64,000 nucleotides of DNA, taken from NCBI GenBank assembly GCA_963668175.1, contig OY764159.1, forward strand, positions 2,592,001 through 2,656,000. Direction: 5' to 3'. The DNA is from Syntrophales bacterium. Lineage in GTDB: Bacteria > Desulfobacterota > Syntrophia > Syntrophales > PHBD01. The notes under the pieces were generated by a model. That model did no database searches and was not told the DNA's origin. It saw only the letters and a program-made list of their open reading frames with translations. Below are positions 33,390-44,360 of this stretch, one piece after another. Both the position numbers and the translations under genes were made by a program. The stretch's first letter is position 1, and each line of letters opens with the position of its first letter.

Positions 33390-35900
33390 TTATTTTCTGT
33401 CGATTTCCTTCCTCACGGCCGCCCCGAGGTCGGCCATGAGATAGGGCTTTTTCAGGAAGGTGCCGACCCCCAGGTGCCTGGCTTCGTCCGTCCGGTCCGT
33501 CTCGGAATAGCCGCTGACGATGACGGCTTTCTGGCCGGGACGGATCTTCGCGATCTCCCTGTAGGTGTCGAGGCCGTCCATGCCGGGGTCCATGATCATG
33601 TCGAGAATGACGAGGTCGGCCCCGTTTTCCGCGAGATACGCGACCGCCTCTTCCCCGCTCGCGACTGCCGTCGCCGCGTAGTTGAGTTTGGCGAGCATCC
33701 TCTTGATGAGCCGGCGGTTTCCTTCGTCGTCTTCGACGATCAGCACCGACTCTCCCCGGCCCTCGCACCGCTCTTCCAGCGTCCTCGCCTCCGCGCGGAC
33801 GTCGTCCCGGCAAAGCGGGAAGTAGAGGGTGAAGGACGTTCCCTTGCCCTGCGTGCTCACGACGTCGATGTATCCGTTATGGTCCTTGACCGTCGCCCAG
33901 ACGACGGCGAGGCCCAGTCCCGAGCCGTTCCGCCCCATCTGCTTCCTGGAATAGAAGGGCTCGAAGATGTGCCTCAGGTGCTCATGGCCGATGCCGCTGC
34001 CCGTGTCCTCGACGGACAGGACGGCGTAGTCGCCGGCGGCGATTTCCTCGTATCCCTTCCAGGGAAGCGCCAGGTGCCGCCGCGCCGTGCGGATGTAAAT
34101 GCCGCCATCTTCCGGGATGGCGTCGGCCGCGTTCAGGACGAGGTTCATGAGCGCCTTGCCGATGTGGACGGGCGAGCAGTCGACGATGAAGTCGCCGAAG
34201 CCGAGAAAGGCGTCGACCATGATTTCCGGGCGCGAAGCCCGGAGCGCGGCCAGTTCCGGCGTCTTGAGCTGATCGGCGACGATCTTGTTCAGGCTGCACG
34301 GCGCCGTCGTCATGGCCCCCCGGCGCGACATGGTCAGCAGGTCCTGAACGACCGTGGCGGCCCGCCGGCCGCTGTCCATGACGGCGAGGACGTCCCCCTG
34401 GAGCTCGTTATGGTGCGACAGACGGTCGGCCAGGATCTCCGAATATCCCACGAGGACGCCGAGGATGTTGTTCAGGTCGTGGGCGACCCCGCCGGCCAGG
34501 ACGCCGGAGATTTCCATCTTTTCCAGGCGGCGTATGCGTTCCATGAGGATGCGCTTCTCCTCTTCCGCCCTTTTCCGGTCGGTGAGATCGTTCACCAGCG
34601 CGTAAATGATTTTCCGGCCGCCGGACGTGCAGCGGCCAAGCACCATTTCGACAGGGAAGACCGAACCGTCTTTTCTCCTGTGCAGCCTTTCCGCGACGTA
34701 CTCCGCCGCGCCCGTGAGCGCCGCCCGCCGGAAGGCCGTCTCCGGCGCTGCGGATTCGGCCGAGAGGTCTGCGGCCGTCATCCTGCTCGTCAACTCCTCG
34801 CAGCCGTATCCGTAGAGCCGTACGGCGGCGTCGTTGGCATCCTCGATCCGCAGGGTCTCGCCGTCAAGGATCAGCATGGCGACCAGGTCGTTCTCGAAGA
34901 GGCGGCGGCCCCTCTCTTCGCTTTCCCTGACCATGTCCTGGACCGAATGGAGCATCGCTTCCGTCTTCTTGAGTTCGCTCCGGCGGAGTTCCAGCTCCTG
35001 TTCCAGCCGGTGCGTGAACATGTGCTGCAGCGCCTTATCGGCGGAGGTCTCCGGCGCGCCGAACTCCCGCCGTATCGTGAAAAGCGATATCATCAGGTAG
35101 ACGCAGCCCGCGTACTGGCCGATTCTGCCGAGCCAGTTCAGGGGGCTGCCCAACTCCTTTTGAAAGAAAAGCGCTACGAGGCCGATGGTGATCAGGAGCA
35201 GACCGTCCCGGTACCAGGAGAAGAAGACATGCCCCGTTTTCTTCCATGCGAAATCGACGACCAGGGAGGATATGGCGAAGAGGATGACGGCGGCGCTGAG
35301 GACCGCCTGGCGGAGGACCGTGGGGCCCTGATCCTCGACGAAGAAGACGGGCATCTGGCGGTGCAGGGCCAGGAAGGCGAGAACGATCATGAAGGCCGTC
35401 ACGGCCAGATAGGAGGAGACGACCTGGATGCATATGCGCCTTATGCTCTGCCTGCGCGTATCCCCCGTCAGAACCGCAAAGCCGCAGTAGAACTGGCAGA
35501 CCGCGGCGATGAAGCATCCGGTGTTATGGAGGGTGACGATTGCGTTCGGTATGCGGTGGGAGTTCGCCGTCAGGCCTCCGAGAAAGGACCCCCATGCCAG
35601 GGCGACCATGCCGGCGCCGAGCCAGAGAAAGACGGAAGAGCGGCTCATGATGGAGCTGCGGGCTGCGTAATAGGATATCCAGAGGGGAATGGCGGTGAGG
35701 AAAAGGGTGTTGAGGAGCCCCAGAACCAGGGGCGATTCGTAGCTTCGGTTCGCTTCCACCGACAGAAAAAAGGCCAGAAGCAGGACCAGAACGGGAATGG
35801 GCGCGAAGGCCCATGCCGTTTTCTGACGGTAGAAAAACCCGTTATAACTGGGCGCCGTATCGTTGCCGTGGTGCAATCGGCGCGTATCTGCCCGGCCCAT
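33390..35900 (-). CDS. Hybrid sensor histidine kinase (multi-TM sensor, PAS, HisKA, HATPase, receiver)
   Basis: AHDLNN H-box, NAADA, DTGSGI, GSGLGL, LDMIM, KP. Confidence 0.9.
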   Translation of the reverse strand: MGRADTRRLHHGNDTAPSYNGFFYRQKTAWAFAPIPVLVLLLAFFLSVEANRSYESPLVLGLLNTLFLTAIPLWISYYAARSSIMSRSSVFLWLGAGMVALAWGSFLGGLTANSHRIPNAIVTLHNTGCFIAAVCQFYCGFAVLTGDTRRQSIRRICIQVVSSYLAVTAFMIVLAFLALHRQMPVFFVEDQGPTVLRQAVLSAAVILFAISSLVVDFAWKKTGHVFFSWYRDGLLLITIGLVALFFQKELGSPLNWLGRIGQYAGCVYLMISLFTIRREFGAPETSADKALQHMFTHRLEQELELRRSELKKTEAMLHSVQDMVRESEERGRRLFENDLVAMLILDGETLRIEDANDAAVRLYGYGCEELTSRMTAADLSAESAAPETAFRRAALTGAAEYVAERLHRRKDGSVFPVEMVLGRCTSGGRKIIYALVNDLTDRKRAEEEKRILMERIRRLEKMEISGVLAGGVAHDLNNILGVLVGYSEILADRLSHHNELQGDVLAVMDSGRRAATVVQDLLTMSRRGAMTTAPCSLNKIVADQLKTPELAALRASRPEIMVDAFLGFGDFIVDCSPVHIGKALMNLVLNAADAIPEDGGIYIRTARRHLALPWKGYEEIAAGDYAVLSVEDTGSGIGHEHLRHIFEPFYSRKQMGRNGSGLGLAVVWATVKDHNGYIDVVSTQGKGTSFTLYFPLCRDDVRAEARTLEERCEGRGESVLIVEDDEGNRRLIKRMLAKLNYAATAVASGEEAVAYLAENGADLVILDMIMDPGMDGLDTYREIAKIRPGQKAVIVSGYSETDRTDEARHLGVGTFLKKPYLMADLGAAVRKEIDRK

Positions 35901-36469
35901 GGCTATCCCTCGACAGTAAAAAGTGGTGCACGAATCCTCTGCGGTTCCATTCTTGCTGCATTTCCCCCTCCTGAATTTGAAAGAAGTGCTGCTTTGGGAA
36001 TTTCCGTTTTTTGAGAAATAGTTTCCGCAAGAGCTGGCGGCGGTGCAGCCGGGGACAGGGATTTCCGGGGCTGCGGCCTCGACTCAGATGCGGGTGTCTA
36101 CAGGGACTACGGATTCTACGCTGTGATGACGCATGTCGCGCATCCCGAAATTACGGCACTGCGGGATGCGGCTCTGCGCGGCGAGTCCGGAAAGCGACGG
36201 GGCGCAGAATGCTGCACTGCGGTGAAGGCGGAAACAGGGATCGGTATGAGAGCGGCTGTAACACATGTCGAACTCACCCGTTTAGAAGGCACTTCCCCCT
36301 TGGCGTTTATCTTCGGTTTCGGGGAGTGCTGTTGGGGTTACCTGATTGACGAATAGACACGCTTCTTAACGATCATTTGATCATAAATCGTTAGGAAGTC
36401 AAGAAAAATTAATATGTATCGAAGTACATATATGTCAAAAATGACACGAGCGACGGCCGGTCCAAAGGC

Positions 36470-37327
36470 TTACGGGACCGGCCCGGGGGGAAGGCCGCTG
36501 CCGGGTATACGCGAAATCTTATAAGTGTTTTGATTCAGAAAATCCATGACTTCGGTCCACCAGGCAAACTCGGGGCCGGATGGCCAGTCGTTATGGCCGG
36601 CATCGGGGAATGTCCACATCCGTTTCGGTCCGGGCAGCGCCTTGTAAAGATTTTCCGTCAGGCGGTTGGGTATGATCTCGTCCCGGCCGGCCATGACCAC
36701 GGCGACGGGGCCCTTGTAGCAGGAGAGGTTCGCGACGCTGTCGTAACGGTCGGCGAGGAATATCCGGACGGGGAGCCAGGGGAATTGCGCGTCCGCTTCG
36801 TTCGCCAGCGTGTCCCACGGGGTGATGAGGGCGACGCCGCGGGGGAGAAGCCTGTCGTCGCAGGCCAGCGCCGCCGCCACGCCGCAGCCGAGCGATTCCC
36901 CCAAAAGGAAGAGCGGGCCGCCGAAGGTCTCCCGGGCGCGCAGCGCCGTCGTCCGGGCGTCCGCAACGAAGCTCTTTTCGCCCAATTCGCCGGACCGGCC
37001 GCCGTAGGCCGGGTATTCGGCGAGCACCACGCGGTAGCCCCGCCGCTCCAGGGCGTCGATGTAGTATGTGCGGAACACGGCGGGACCGCCGTTGCCGTGG
37101 AAGACGACGACCGTGCCCCTGGGATGTGCCGGTCCCCTGCGGCTCACGACGGCGCGATAATCATCGTACCCCGCCGGCCACACCTCAAGGCCCGCGACGG
37201 CCGCGTATTGCCGGATGTCGGCGATCTTTTCCGCGCCGGGATGATAGATCGTGCCCCGCCCGTCGCACCCGCAAAGGAGCGCAAGCGCGATCCCGAGGAT
37301 TGCGCCGTATGCCGCCCGGCGCTTCAT
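36470..37327 (-). CDS. Alpha/beta hydrolase, lipoprotein
   Basis: LCGC lipobox; FHGNG, GESLG, DEII, GHND. Confidence 0.85.
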   Translation of the reverse strand: MKRRAAYGAILGIALALLCGCDGRGTIYHPGAEKIADIRQYAAVAGLEVWPAGYDDYRAVVSRRGPAHPRGTVVVFHGNGGPAVFRTYYIDALERRGYRVVLAEYPAYGGRSGELGEKSFVADARTTALRARETFGGPLFLLGESLGCGVAAALACDDRLLPRGVALITPWDTLANEADAQFPWLPVRIFLADRYDSVANLSCYKGPVAVVMAGRDEIIPNRLTENLYKALPGPKRMWTFPDAGHNDWPSGPEFAWWTEVMDFLNQNTYKISRIPGSGLPPGPVP

Positions 37328-37563
37328 TCCCGGAATTCCGACCGGATGTCGGCGAGTTCTTTCTTGTTCTTCCGGAAGACGAGGAAGCTGTGGAGGAACC
37401 AGCCGATGAGAAAGCCGAGGGCCGCCGTGAGAAAAATCAACAGGGCGAGGGACAGGGAGATTTTCCAGAAGAAAATGCCGACCGTGACGGACGCGACGTT
37501 CTGGACGACGAAAAGGACGGCCAGGCAGGCCGCGACGATAATAAGGACGAGCTTGGCGTTCAT
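37324..37563 (-). CDS. LapA/DUF1049-like small membrane protein
   Basis: FVVQN..V.V..FFW pattern, two TM helices. Confidence 0.7.
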   Translation of the reverse strand: MNAKLVLIIVAACLAVLFVVQNVASVTVGIFFWKISLSLALLIFLTAALGFLIGWFLHSFLVFRKNKKELADIRSEFRE

Positions 37564-37725
37564 GATGCGCACCTTGCTGATGGGTTGACGAAGTCCGGAA
37601 GGCGGATCTTCCATTCCGGACGGCTGCAGAAAAATATAGGAAGGAAAAGGCGGCGTGTCAACGAAATAATGGCCGCCCGAAGGAAGACGTTGCAGGCGGG
37701 GGCGGTTTAGGATAAACGGGGCGGT

Positions 37726-38610
37726 ATGGAAGCAACGTGGATACTCGCAGCGATGTCGGCCGCCTTATGCGGCGGAACGGCCGACGCCTTCACGAAGAAG
37801 GCCATGCAGGGACACGACGTGTATGCCGTCGCCTGGCTGCGGCAAGTCGTGGTTGTCGCTCTTTTGGCGCCGGTTCTCTTTTTCATCCCCGTGCCCGCTC
37901 TCGACGGCGTTTTCTATGAATCCATCCTTTGCGCCCTGCCGTTCGAGATCGCGGCCTATGTCCTGTATATGAAGGCCATCAGGACGTCGCCGCTCAGCCT
38001 CACCGTGCCGTTCCTGGCGCTGACGCCGGTGGCGCTCATCGCCATCTCCTACGTCGCCCTGGGGGAGCGGGTGTCCCCGTTGGGCGGCGTCGGCATCCTG
38101 GCGATCGCCCTGGGCAGCTACACGCTGAACCTGAAGGAGGCGGGCCGGGGGGTGCTGGCGCCGATCAGGGCCATCGCCAGGGAGCGGGGCTCCGTCATGA
38201 TGATCGCCGTGGCGGTCCTTTACGCCTTCACGAACACCTTCGGCAAGCAGGGCATCAACCATTCGTCGGCGCTCTTCTTCGGCATCGTTTACAACCTGGC
38301 CTTCTTCGCCGTCGTGAGCCCGGTCCTGTTCAGGCTGGGGAATCTGCATGCCGGGGGCCGCCTTTCCAGGGGCGCATTGAAGGCGGTCCTCTTTCCCGGC
38401 TGCGTCGCCGCCGCCAACGCGATCTTTTACAACATCGCCATGTCCATGGCGCAGGCGGCGTATGCGGTCGCCGTCTTTCGCCTGAGCCTGCTCGTCGGCG
38501 TCGTCTACGGCCATTTCCTGTTCGGGGAGACGGGATTCCGGGAGCGGCTGGCGGGTTCCGCGCTCATGCTCGCAGGATTCGCGATGATCGTTTTGAGCCG
38601 GCGAGCTTGA
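37726..38610 (+). CDS. EamA/DMT family transporter
   Basis: About ten TM helices in two repeats; LGER and FGE motifs. Confidence 0.85.
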   Translation: MEATWILAAMSAALCGGTADAFTKKAMQGHDVYAVAWLRQVVVVALLAPVLFFIPVPALDGVFYESILCALPFEIAAYVLYMKAIRTSPLSLTVPFLALTPVALIAISYVALGERVSPLGGVGILAIALGSYTLNLKEAGRGVLAPIRAIARERGSVMMIAVAVLYAFTNTFGKQGINHSSALFFGIVYNLAFFAVVSPVLFRLGNLHAGGRLSRGALKAVLFPGCVAAANAIFYNIAMSMAQAAYAVAVFRLSLLVGVVYGHFLFGETGFRERLAGSALMLAGFAMIVLSRRA

Positions 38611-38751
38611 CGATACGATAATCCGTTTCCGCATGAGAAATCGGAGCGGTTTCTGTTCAAGAAGCAAACAGGCTTCGTGAAAAAGCCGGGTCTCCATACC
38701 GTATCGTTACGGCAGACGGCCCGGCTTGGTCGATAGTATGATGGTTTTCTT

Positions 38752-39180
38752 CTATTTACATACTTCTCCGACTGTCAACGTAAATTCACACGGCCTTGAC
38801 GGATTTTCCTGCCAGAGATGCTTATCAAGTTCTGCCGTACAACCGGCGTCTTCAAGCAATCCGATATTTCCTTCCCTGTTGCAAACCAGGATAATTGCAT
38901 GCTTGTCCTGACGCAGCACACGCAACTTATAATTGCCGAAAGGTTCCAGGAGGCTCTTGTCGTGTACGGTTGCACGATTCAGAAACTCTCGATCGTCGAT
39001 ATTGTCCGGGATATCCCCGTACCGGGCAGCAGATTCCGCGGCTGCGCTTAGCTTCGTTAATGCCGCGGCCTTTTGGTACATCTCGTCTGGATCGACCGCC
39101 TTGGCTGCGATGCAACTCAGCGATACGGATAACACGAGCATGAAAATCGGTATATATGGAATAGTCCTGTAGCGTTTCAT
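38752..39180 (-). CDS. Hypothetical lipoprotein
   Basis: SLSC lipobox-like; 4-nt overlap with the upstream gene. Confidence 0.7.
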   Translation of the reverse strand: MKRYRTIPYIPIFMLVLSVSLSCIAAKAVDPDEMYQKAAALTKLSAAAESAARYGDIPDNIDDREFLNRATVHDKSLLEPFGNYKLRVLRQDKHAIILVCNREGNIGLLEDAGCTAELDKHLWQENPSRPCEFTLTVGEVCK

Positions 39181-40121
39181 GCCACACCTCCTTTCCAGAA
39201 CACCATGCTGTTTTTTTCATCCCGTCCTGTATCGAGGTTCCAGTCTCCCATCACGGAAGCGTAAGCGTCTTGACTTTTCAATGCCCCGTTTGCGATGATC
39301 TGCCATATCTGTACGACGTTTTGAATGGCCTTATCGAAAATGGCGTCGTAGTCCATCTTCGCGCCCCCGGGAACGGTCAAGCGAGTGATATATCGGCTGT
39401 CGATTTGACTAGTGGGAGGATAGACCAGACCCAGGTCCATCGCCACGTGCCTCGCCAGCGGAAAGAGATGCCCCCCTTCTTCCGCGATTTTCCCAATCCC
39501 GAATTGAAATCCTTTATGCCATGCGTTGATGTCGGGGGGATTAGCAGCGAATTCTTTCGCGTGAACTTCTTGAAGAATCCCGGTCCATAGCGACACGATG
39601 TCCTGATCGATCATCTTGGGATTCTTTATATCCACGCATTTCGCAATCCCCGAATCCAGGTATTCTGCCAGTCCGATCGGTCCGAGATTCATCCGCTGAA
39701 AGATGTAGGCGTCCTGATGCATCTCGCAGATCCTGTGTTCCATTTCGTTGCCTTGATACGGCCCGACGATCAATTCCACAACAGGATGAATGGTCGTATC
39801 CGTCGTCACGTGGGCCGCGAAGCCCATGAGCCACGCGAGGCATTTCTTTTGTGTTTCTCCCTTCAGTTGTCTGAGCCGTTTCACGCCGGCCTGTATGACA
39901 TGGCCGGTCCGCGTGTAATGCATAATGTCAGCCCATCTCTTGGCGTGGTCGTCACCGATGACGAGGTATGGATAGTCGGGGCTGACCGCACCCAACTCGC
40001 AATACTTAAGGTATTGAAGCACGGCAGCCTTGGCTTCGTTGGGAAAATCGGGGACGGCGTCGAGACGTCTCGTTTCTCTTGCTTCGTTGATAAGCGTAAG
40101 GTGAGCGTAAGCACCTGGCAT
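39177..40121 (-). CDS. Zinc-dependent phospholipase C family protein
   Basis: MPGAYAH; GAVSPD; MHY; AHVTTD..IHP; H...E...D. Confidence 0.75.
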   Translation of the reverse strand: MPGAYAHLTLINEARETRRLDAVPDFPNEAKAAVLQYLKYCELGAVSPDYPYLVIGDDHAKRWADIMHYTRTGHVIQAGVKRLRQLKGETQKKCLAWLMGFAAHVTTDTTIHPVVELIVGPYQGNEMEHRICEMHQDAYIFQRMNLGPIGLAEYLDSGIAKCVDIKNPKMIDQDIVSLWTGILQEVHAKEFAANPPDINAWHKGFQFGIGKIAEEGGHLFPLARHVAMDLGLVYPPTSQIDSRYITRLTVPGGAKMDYDAIFDKAIQNVVQIWQIIANGALKSQDAYASVMGDWNLDTGRDEKNSMVFWKGGVA

Positions 40122-40479
40122 ATAAACCTCCTCTCGTCTTAAAAGGACAAAGATGGGTTTGGAACTCTTACGTATGAATGCCGCTGTTCTCTACGTCCAG
40201 ATCGTGTCACGGAAAGTGCGCGGGCAACGTATCGGCGCATGATGATTCCGGCACATCTTTCGTGATGTAGCCTGCTGAAAAGGGTATTCGGAAATGAAGA
40301 TCGACGCGAAGTAAATGAATGAGATCGTTGCGTATGCAAGCCATGCCATTATACAGAGTGATTGTCAAGATATAATATGAATATAATATAGATAAAATTC
40401 AATGTTATTTCGACTGCACGTCCAGCGGCGGCGCAACGGGCCGTCGAATCGTGCGGTGCAGGCCCGCCGGGCCGTGGCG

Positions 40480-41676
40480 TTACGGGATGGGGAAGGTCTT
40501 GGGGAACGGAAACGGGGCGGGCGGCGTGACGTAGACGAAGGCGCCCGCCAGGCCCAGGATGGCGCCCGCGCCGATAAGCCAGGTGGAGTTGACCTTGAAC
40601 TTCGTCAAAAGCACGAAAGCGGCAACAGAGAAGATGATCGTCGGCGGATCGACGAGGGCCTCGCGCCCCAGCACGCAGGCGACGCCTGCCATCAGCGCCA
40701 GGGAGGCGGCGACGACGCCGTCGAGGAAGGCGGAAAACCAGGCCGACTTGCGTATCCTGGACAGCACCCGATTGATGAGGGCGACGAAGACGAAGGACGG
40801 GAGGAATATCCCCACCGTCGCGGCGACGGCCCCCGGCACGCCGCCCACGATGAAGCCGATGAACGTGGCGGTCGTGAAGACCGGGCCGGGCGTCATCTGG
40901 CCGACGGCGATGGTGTCGAGGATCTGCCTGTCGGTGAGCCAGCCCAGGCGCGTCACGAAATCCGCCTGGATGAAGGCGAGAAGGACGTAGCCGCTGCCGT
41001 ACAGCACGGAGCCGATTTTCAGGAAGGCGAGAAAGAGGACCGGCAGGCTGTAGGCCGTAACGGCCGCCGCCGGAATGTACGATACGGGAAGTCCGAGGCC
41101 GGCGAGGGGCAGGAGGCCCAGCATGCCCACGGGCTTGAAGCGCCGGAAGTTGACGGCCGCCGTGACGATCAGGCCGCCCGCGAGGATCAGGGCCAGCTCG
41201 TTGACCTTCAGGAAATAGAGGGCGAAGGCGGCCACGGCGACCGCCGCGACAAGGGGGCCTTTCACGGCCCTGCGCCCAAGGTCCCAGAGGGCCTGGCAGA
41301 TGATGGCGATGACGGCGGGCTTGATGCCGTACATGATCCAGGCGGTTTCCGGCTCCGCCCCGTGCCGCACATAGAGCCACGCGAGGCCCATGACGATGAG
41401 CATGGCGGGCAGGATGAAGCAGACGCCGCCGGCGATCAGGCCCGGCCAGCCGGCGCGCCGGTAGCCGATGTAGATGGCCATCTCGGTGGAGTTGGGGCCG
41501 GGGATGAGGTTGACCGCGCCCAGGAGGTCGAGGAATTCGTCTTCCGTGAGCCACCGGCGGCGCTTCACGACCTCGTCGTGCATCATGGCGATGTGCGCGG
41601 CGGGGCCGCCGAAGCCGGTGATGCCCAGCTTAAGGAAATAGGTGGCGACTTCCATCCATGGTTTCATGCAATCCAT
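40480..41676 (-). CDS. chrA: Chromate efflux transporter
   Basis: GFGGP, LIPGPNSTE, YGSGY, QMTPGP. Confidence 0.9.
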   Translation of the reverse strand: MDCMKPWMEVATYFLKLGITGFGGPAAHIAMMHDEVVKRRRWLTEDEFLDLLGAVNLIPGPNSTEMAIYIGYRRAGWPGLIAGGVCFILPAMLIVMGLAWLYVRHGAEPETAWIMYGIKPAVIAIICQALWDLGRRAVKGPLVAAVAVAAFALYFLKVNELALILAGGLIVTAAVNFRRFKPVGMLGLLPLAGLGLPVSYIPAAAVTAYSLPVLFLAFLKIGSVLYGSGYVLLAFIQADFVTRLGWLTDRQILDTIAVGQMTPGPVFTTATFIGFIVGGVPGAVAATVGIFLPSFVFVALINRVLSRIRKSAWFSAFLDGVVAASLALMAGVACVLGREALVDPPTIIFSVAAFVLLTKFKVNSTWLIGAGAILGLAGAFVYVTPPAPFPFPKTFPIP

Positions 41677-41782
41677 CCGTCCGGCGTAGGGCCGTTGAGC
41701 GCGCGAAATCTATAACATTTCCGGCGGAAGGGCAACGGGAAAATAGTGGGAGGAAAATCGGGCGGGCGGCAGGGGAGGAGCA

Positions 41783-42562
41783 TTAGGGCCGGGGCGGCTT
41801 TGTCGGCGTCAGTACGGCAAACGGTTTCGCTTCGCAGGCAATGGGACCGTCATGGCTCTTTCTCCTGAAGAGCTCCAGCTTACCCTCTCTCCATTTGAAT
41901 CCGTACCAATTCAGATTTTTCCGATGTCCTCCATGTGTCGTAATAATGTAGTTCGTGTCGCGTTCGTCGATTTCGACGGCGTCGAGAAGCATCTCGTACG
42001 TGAATTCCATACCGGGCCAACGGGCATGGCAGGACTTATCGAAAGAGTATTCGGCGCCCTTTTCGTCCGTATAGGTTCCGGCCAGCAGAAGCCCGTTGAC
42101 GTACAGATCGAGAGGCACGGGGATGCGTATGAGCGGTTCATCCTTGCTTTCCGTGATAGGGCTTTCTAAAACTACGAGGCCGGAGATCTTTCCCGATGCG
42201 TCTCTCCGGACCTTTAAGATCATGGCATCTATTTCCGTATCCTTGGGAAATTCTTCCTCCCAGCGCCCGACGGAGAGCCGGTAAACATCCGCCGTGTCCG
42301 TGGCGCGAACGCCGACGATCTTCACCCATGAACCCTCGTGAAAATTGGTCCATGTTATCCGGCCGTCGGGCGTAAAGGCGATGCTTTCGGGCAGACCGGA
42401 AAATGCCCGCTTCGTTGCGCGGACGGCCTCGACGTATTGTTCCCTGACCCAGATGCCTTCCAGTTCCCTGACGTCGAGCGGCTTCTTCTCGCAGCCGACG
42501 GCCATTATCGCGGAAAGGAGGATGAGGTATGTCAGGATATTTCTCGGTCTCGGCGTCGTCAT
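41783..42562 (-). CDS. Hypothetical lipoprotein
   Basis: AVGC lipobox. Confidence 0.65.
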   Translation of the reverse strand: MTTPRPRNILTYLILLSAIMAVGCEKKPLDVRELEGIWVREQYVEAVRATKRAFSGLPESIAFTPDGRITWTNFHEGSWVKIVGVRATDTADVYRLSVGRWEEEFPKDTEIDAMILKVRRDASGKISGLVVLESPITESKDEPLIRIPVPLDLYVNGLLLAGTYTDEKGAEYSFDKSCHARWPGMEFTYEMLLDAVEIDERDTNYIITTHGGHRKNLNWYGFKWREGKLELFRRKSHDGPIACEAKPFAVLTPTKPPRP

Positions 42563-42598
42563 AACGGGGTTCTGTATGGCGAATACGTCTATTCCGCC

Positions 42599-43444
42599 TT
42601 AGAAGGCCTTTCTCTCCAGAAGTTCGTCCCGCTTCCCGTCCTGCGTGCACCCGTATTGCAGTTTCGTCGCGTGGATGCGGCCTTTCTCCGTCTTCAGTTC
42701 GTATTCGTCCTGCGAATTGTACCCGTGATCGCCGCAGGGCCAGTGGACCACGCGGACCGTCCCCGCCGCCGTCCGTAGAGCCTCCCAGTGCCGGTCCTGC
42801 AGGACGAGGGGCATATCCGGATTCCCGGCGGAGGAGAAGGCGTGAAGGCGGGGATTCTTCCGGGAGATGCCGACGGCGACGCTCATTCTCTTCCCGCAGG
42901 GCAGTGTCCCGATCTGGAGAATGAATTCCGTGGCCCTTCCATCCTGGTCGTAATCGCCGAACCGCATGATCGCGGCGGGCGGCCGGGCCCGAACGCGCGC
43001 CGCGAGGCCGGCCGGGGCCTTTTCGTCGCGGTCGCTTTCCAGCATGTCCCACTTTCTCAGGGCGGCCTGCGGGGGGTCGAAGTGCATGCCGGGGTAATCG
43101 CCCGCGTATTCGTTGAAGAGCTGCGTGAGCGAAAGGCGCTCGTCCTTTTTGCCCGGCCTCTTTCTCACGAGAGTGAGGTCGCCCCGCTCGCCGAAGGCGA
43201 ATCCGGAACAGGGGCAGGCGTACCAGTCGTCGCCTTCCGGCGCGCACGCGGGCTCCGGCGGTTTCGTCCATTCGAGGCGCCATGTCTCCTCGACGCCGTC
43301 AATGACGACTTTCGCCTCCTCCCGGACCACCGGCCCGGCGCTTTCGGAGGCTGCGGCTGCGGGAAGGGCGGCCGCGAAATAGCCGGGCGCGATGCAGGAG
43401 AGAAGGGCCGTTATGGCTCTTGTCCGCAGCGTTGCGATCTTCAT
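42599..43444 (-). CDS. Hypothetical secreted protein
   Basis: Ala-rich signal-like N-terminus; DYDQDG loop; several Cys. Confidence 0.65.
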   Translation of the reverse strand: MKIATLRTRAITALLSCIAPGYFAAALPAAAASESAGPVVREEAKVVIDGVEETWRLEWTKPPEPACAPEGDDWYACPCSGFAFGERGDLTLVRKRPGKKDERLSLTQLFNEYAGDYPGMHFDPPQAALRKWDMLESDRDEKAPAGLAARVRARPPAAIMRFGDYDQDGRATEFILQIGTLPCGKRMSVAVGISRKNPRLHAFSSAGNPDMPLVLQDRHWEALRTAAGTVRVVHWPCGDHGYNSQDEYELKTEKGRIHATKLQYGCTQDGKRDELLERKAF

Positions 43445-43451
43445 GAGGCAC

Positions 43452-43940
43452 CTATTTTCGTCCGCCGCCGAGACCTTTCAGGAACGAGGCGTTCTCTGAA
43501 ACGGCCACCGTATCGCTGTACCGTGGAAGGACGTATTCCAGGTACTGAAAGTAAATGTCGTCGTCGATGTAGAACGCGTAGCCGCCGCCGTCCGTTTCGA
43601 TCGTCATTCGATTCATGAAGACGCCTTCTCCGAAGGCGACGTTTTTCACCTTCCGGAAAGGCACGGAAACGGATTCGCTCCCGAAGATCAGGGAATCCTT
43701 CGTGATCGCAAACCCGTCGCGCGACAGGACAAGCGCGTCCTTCCGGAACCAGACGCCGCCCCAGAGGCATTTCGCCTCCGCCAGGCGGAGGTTCCCCGTC
43801 GCGGCCTCGAAGGTCAGGCTGCATTTCGGGTCGACCCTGTAATTGAAGAAGACGACAAGAAAAACGACGACGATGAGCACGCCGGCGATACCGGCGCGCT
43901 TTTTCCACTTGGATTCCATCGGGGAAGGCTTATCCTCCAT
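43452..43940 (-). CDS. Hypothetical membrane-anchored protein
   Basis: Single TM then beta-rich domain; start uncertain. Confidence 0.55.
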   Translation of the reverse strand: MEDKPSPMESKWKKRAGIAGVLIVVVFLVVFFNYRVDPKCSLTFEAATGNLRLAEAKCLWGGVWFRKDALVLSRDGFAITKDSLIFGSESVSVPFRKVKNVAFGEGVFMNRMTIETDGGGYAFYIDDDIYFQYLEYVLPRYSDTVAVSENASFLKGLGGGRK

Positions 43941-44360
43941 CGCAAAAGGCCCGCATGATCTATTTTTTGTTCGGGGGATTGTCCGCGCGGCCTGACCGCG
44001 GCCGCCGACCGCTTGAAATCTATAATATTTCAGGCGGGATGGCAACGGGAAAATGGGGGGCGGGAAGGAGAGGGCAGGGCGGGCGGACGGCGAATCTGTC
44101 CGGACCGTTTCGGTGTCCCGTGCGGAAATAAACGCGCCCCCCAAAAAAGCTTTGATTGACGAATTTTAACATCCGTGCGAGTGTAGAACAGGTATTGGTT
44201 GAAACAATGGCGCGGCCCACAAAATATATGGACAGGCGGGAAAAACAATTCGCGTGACGCCGCACAAAAGGATACCGGTCTGTTCGCGTTGTTTTCGCCA
44301 GACAAAGATGGAGAAGAACCCGGTATTGAAAACGACGTTTTGACGAACAGGAGGAGCGAC

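Noticed and set aside
36011..36360. Small ORFs or RNA upstream of the kinase gene
   Set aside because: No RBS, motif or recognisable RNA family.
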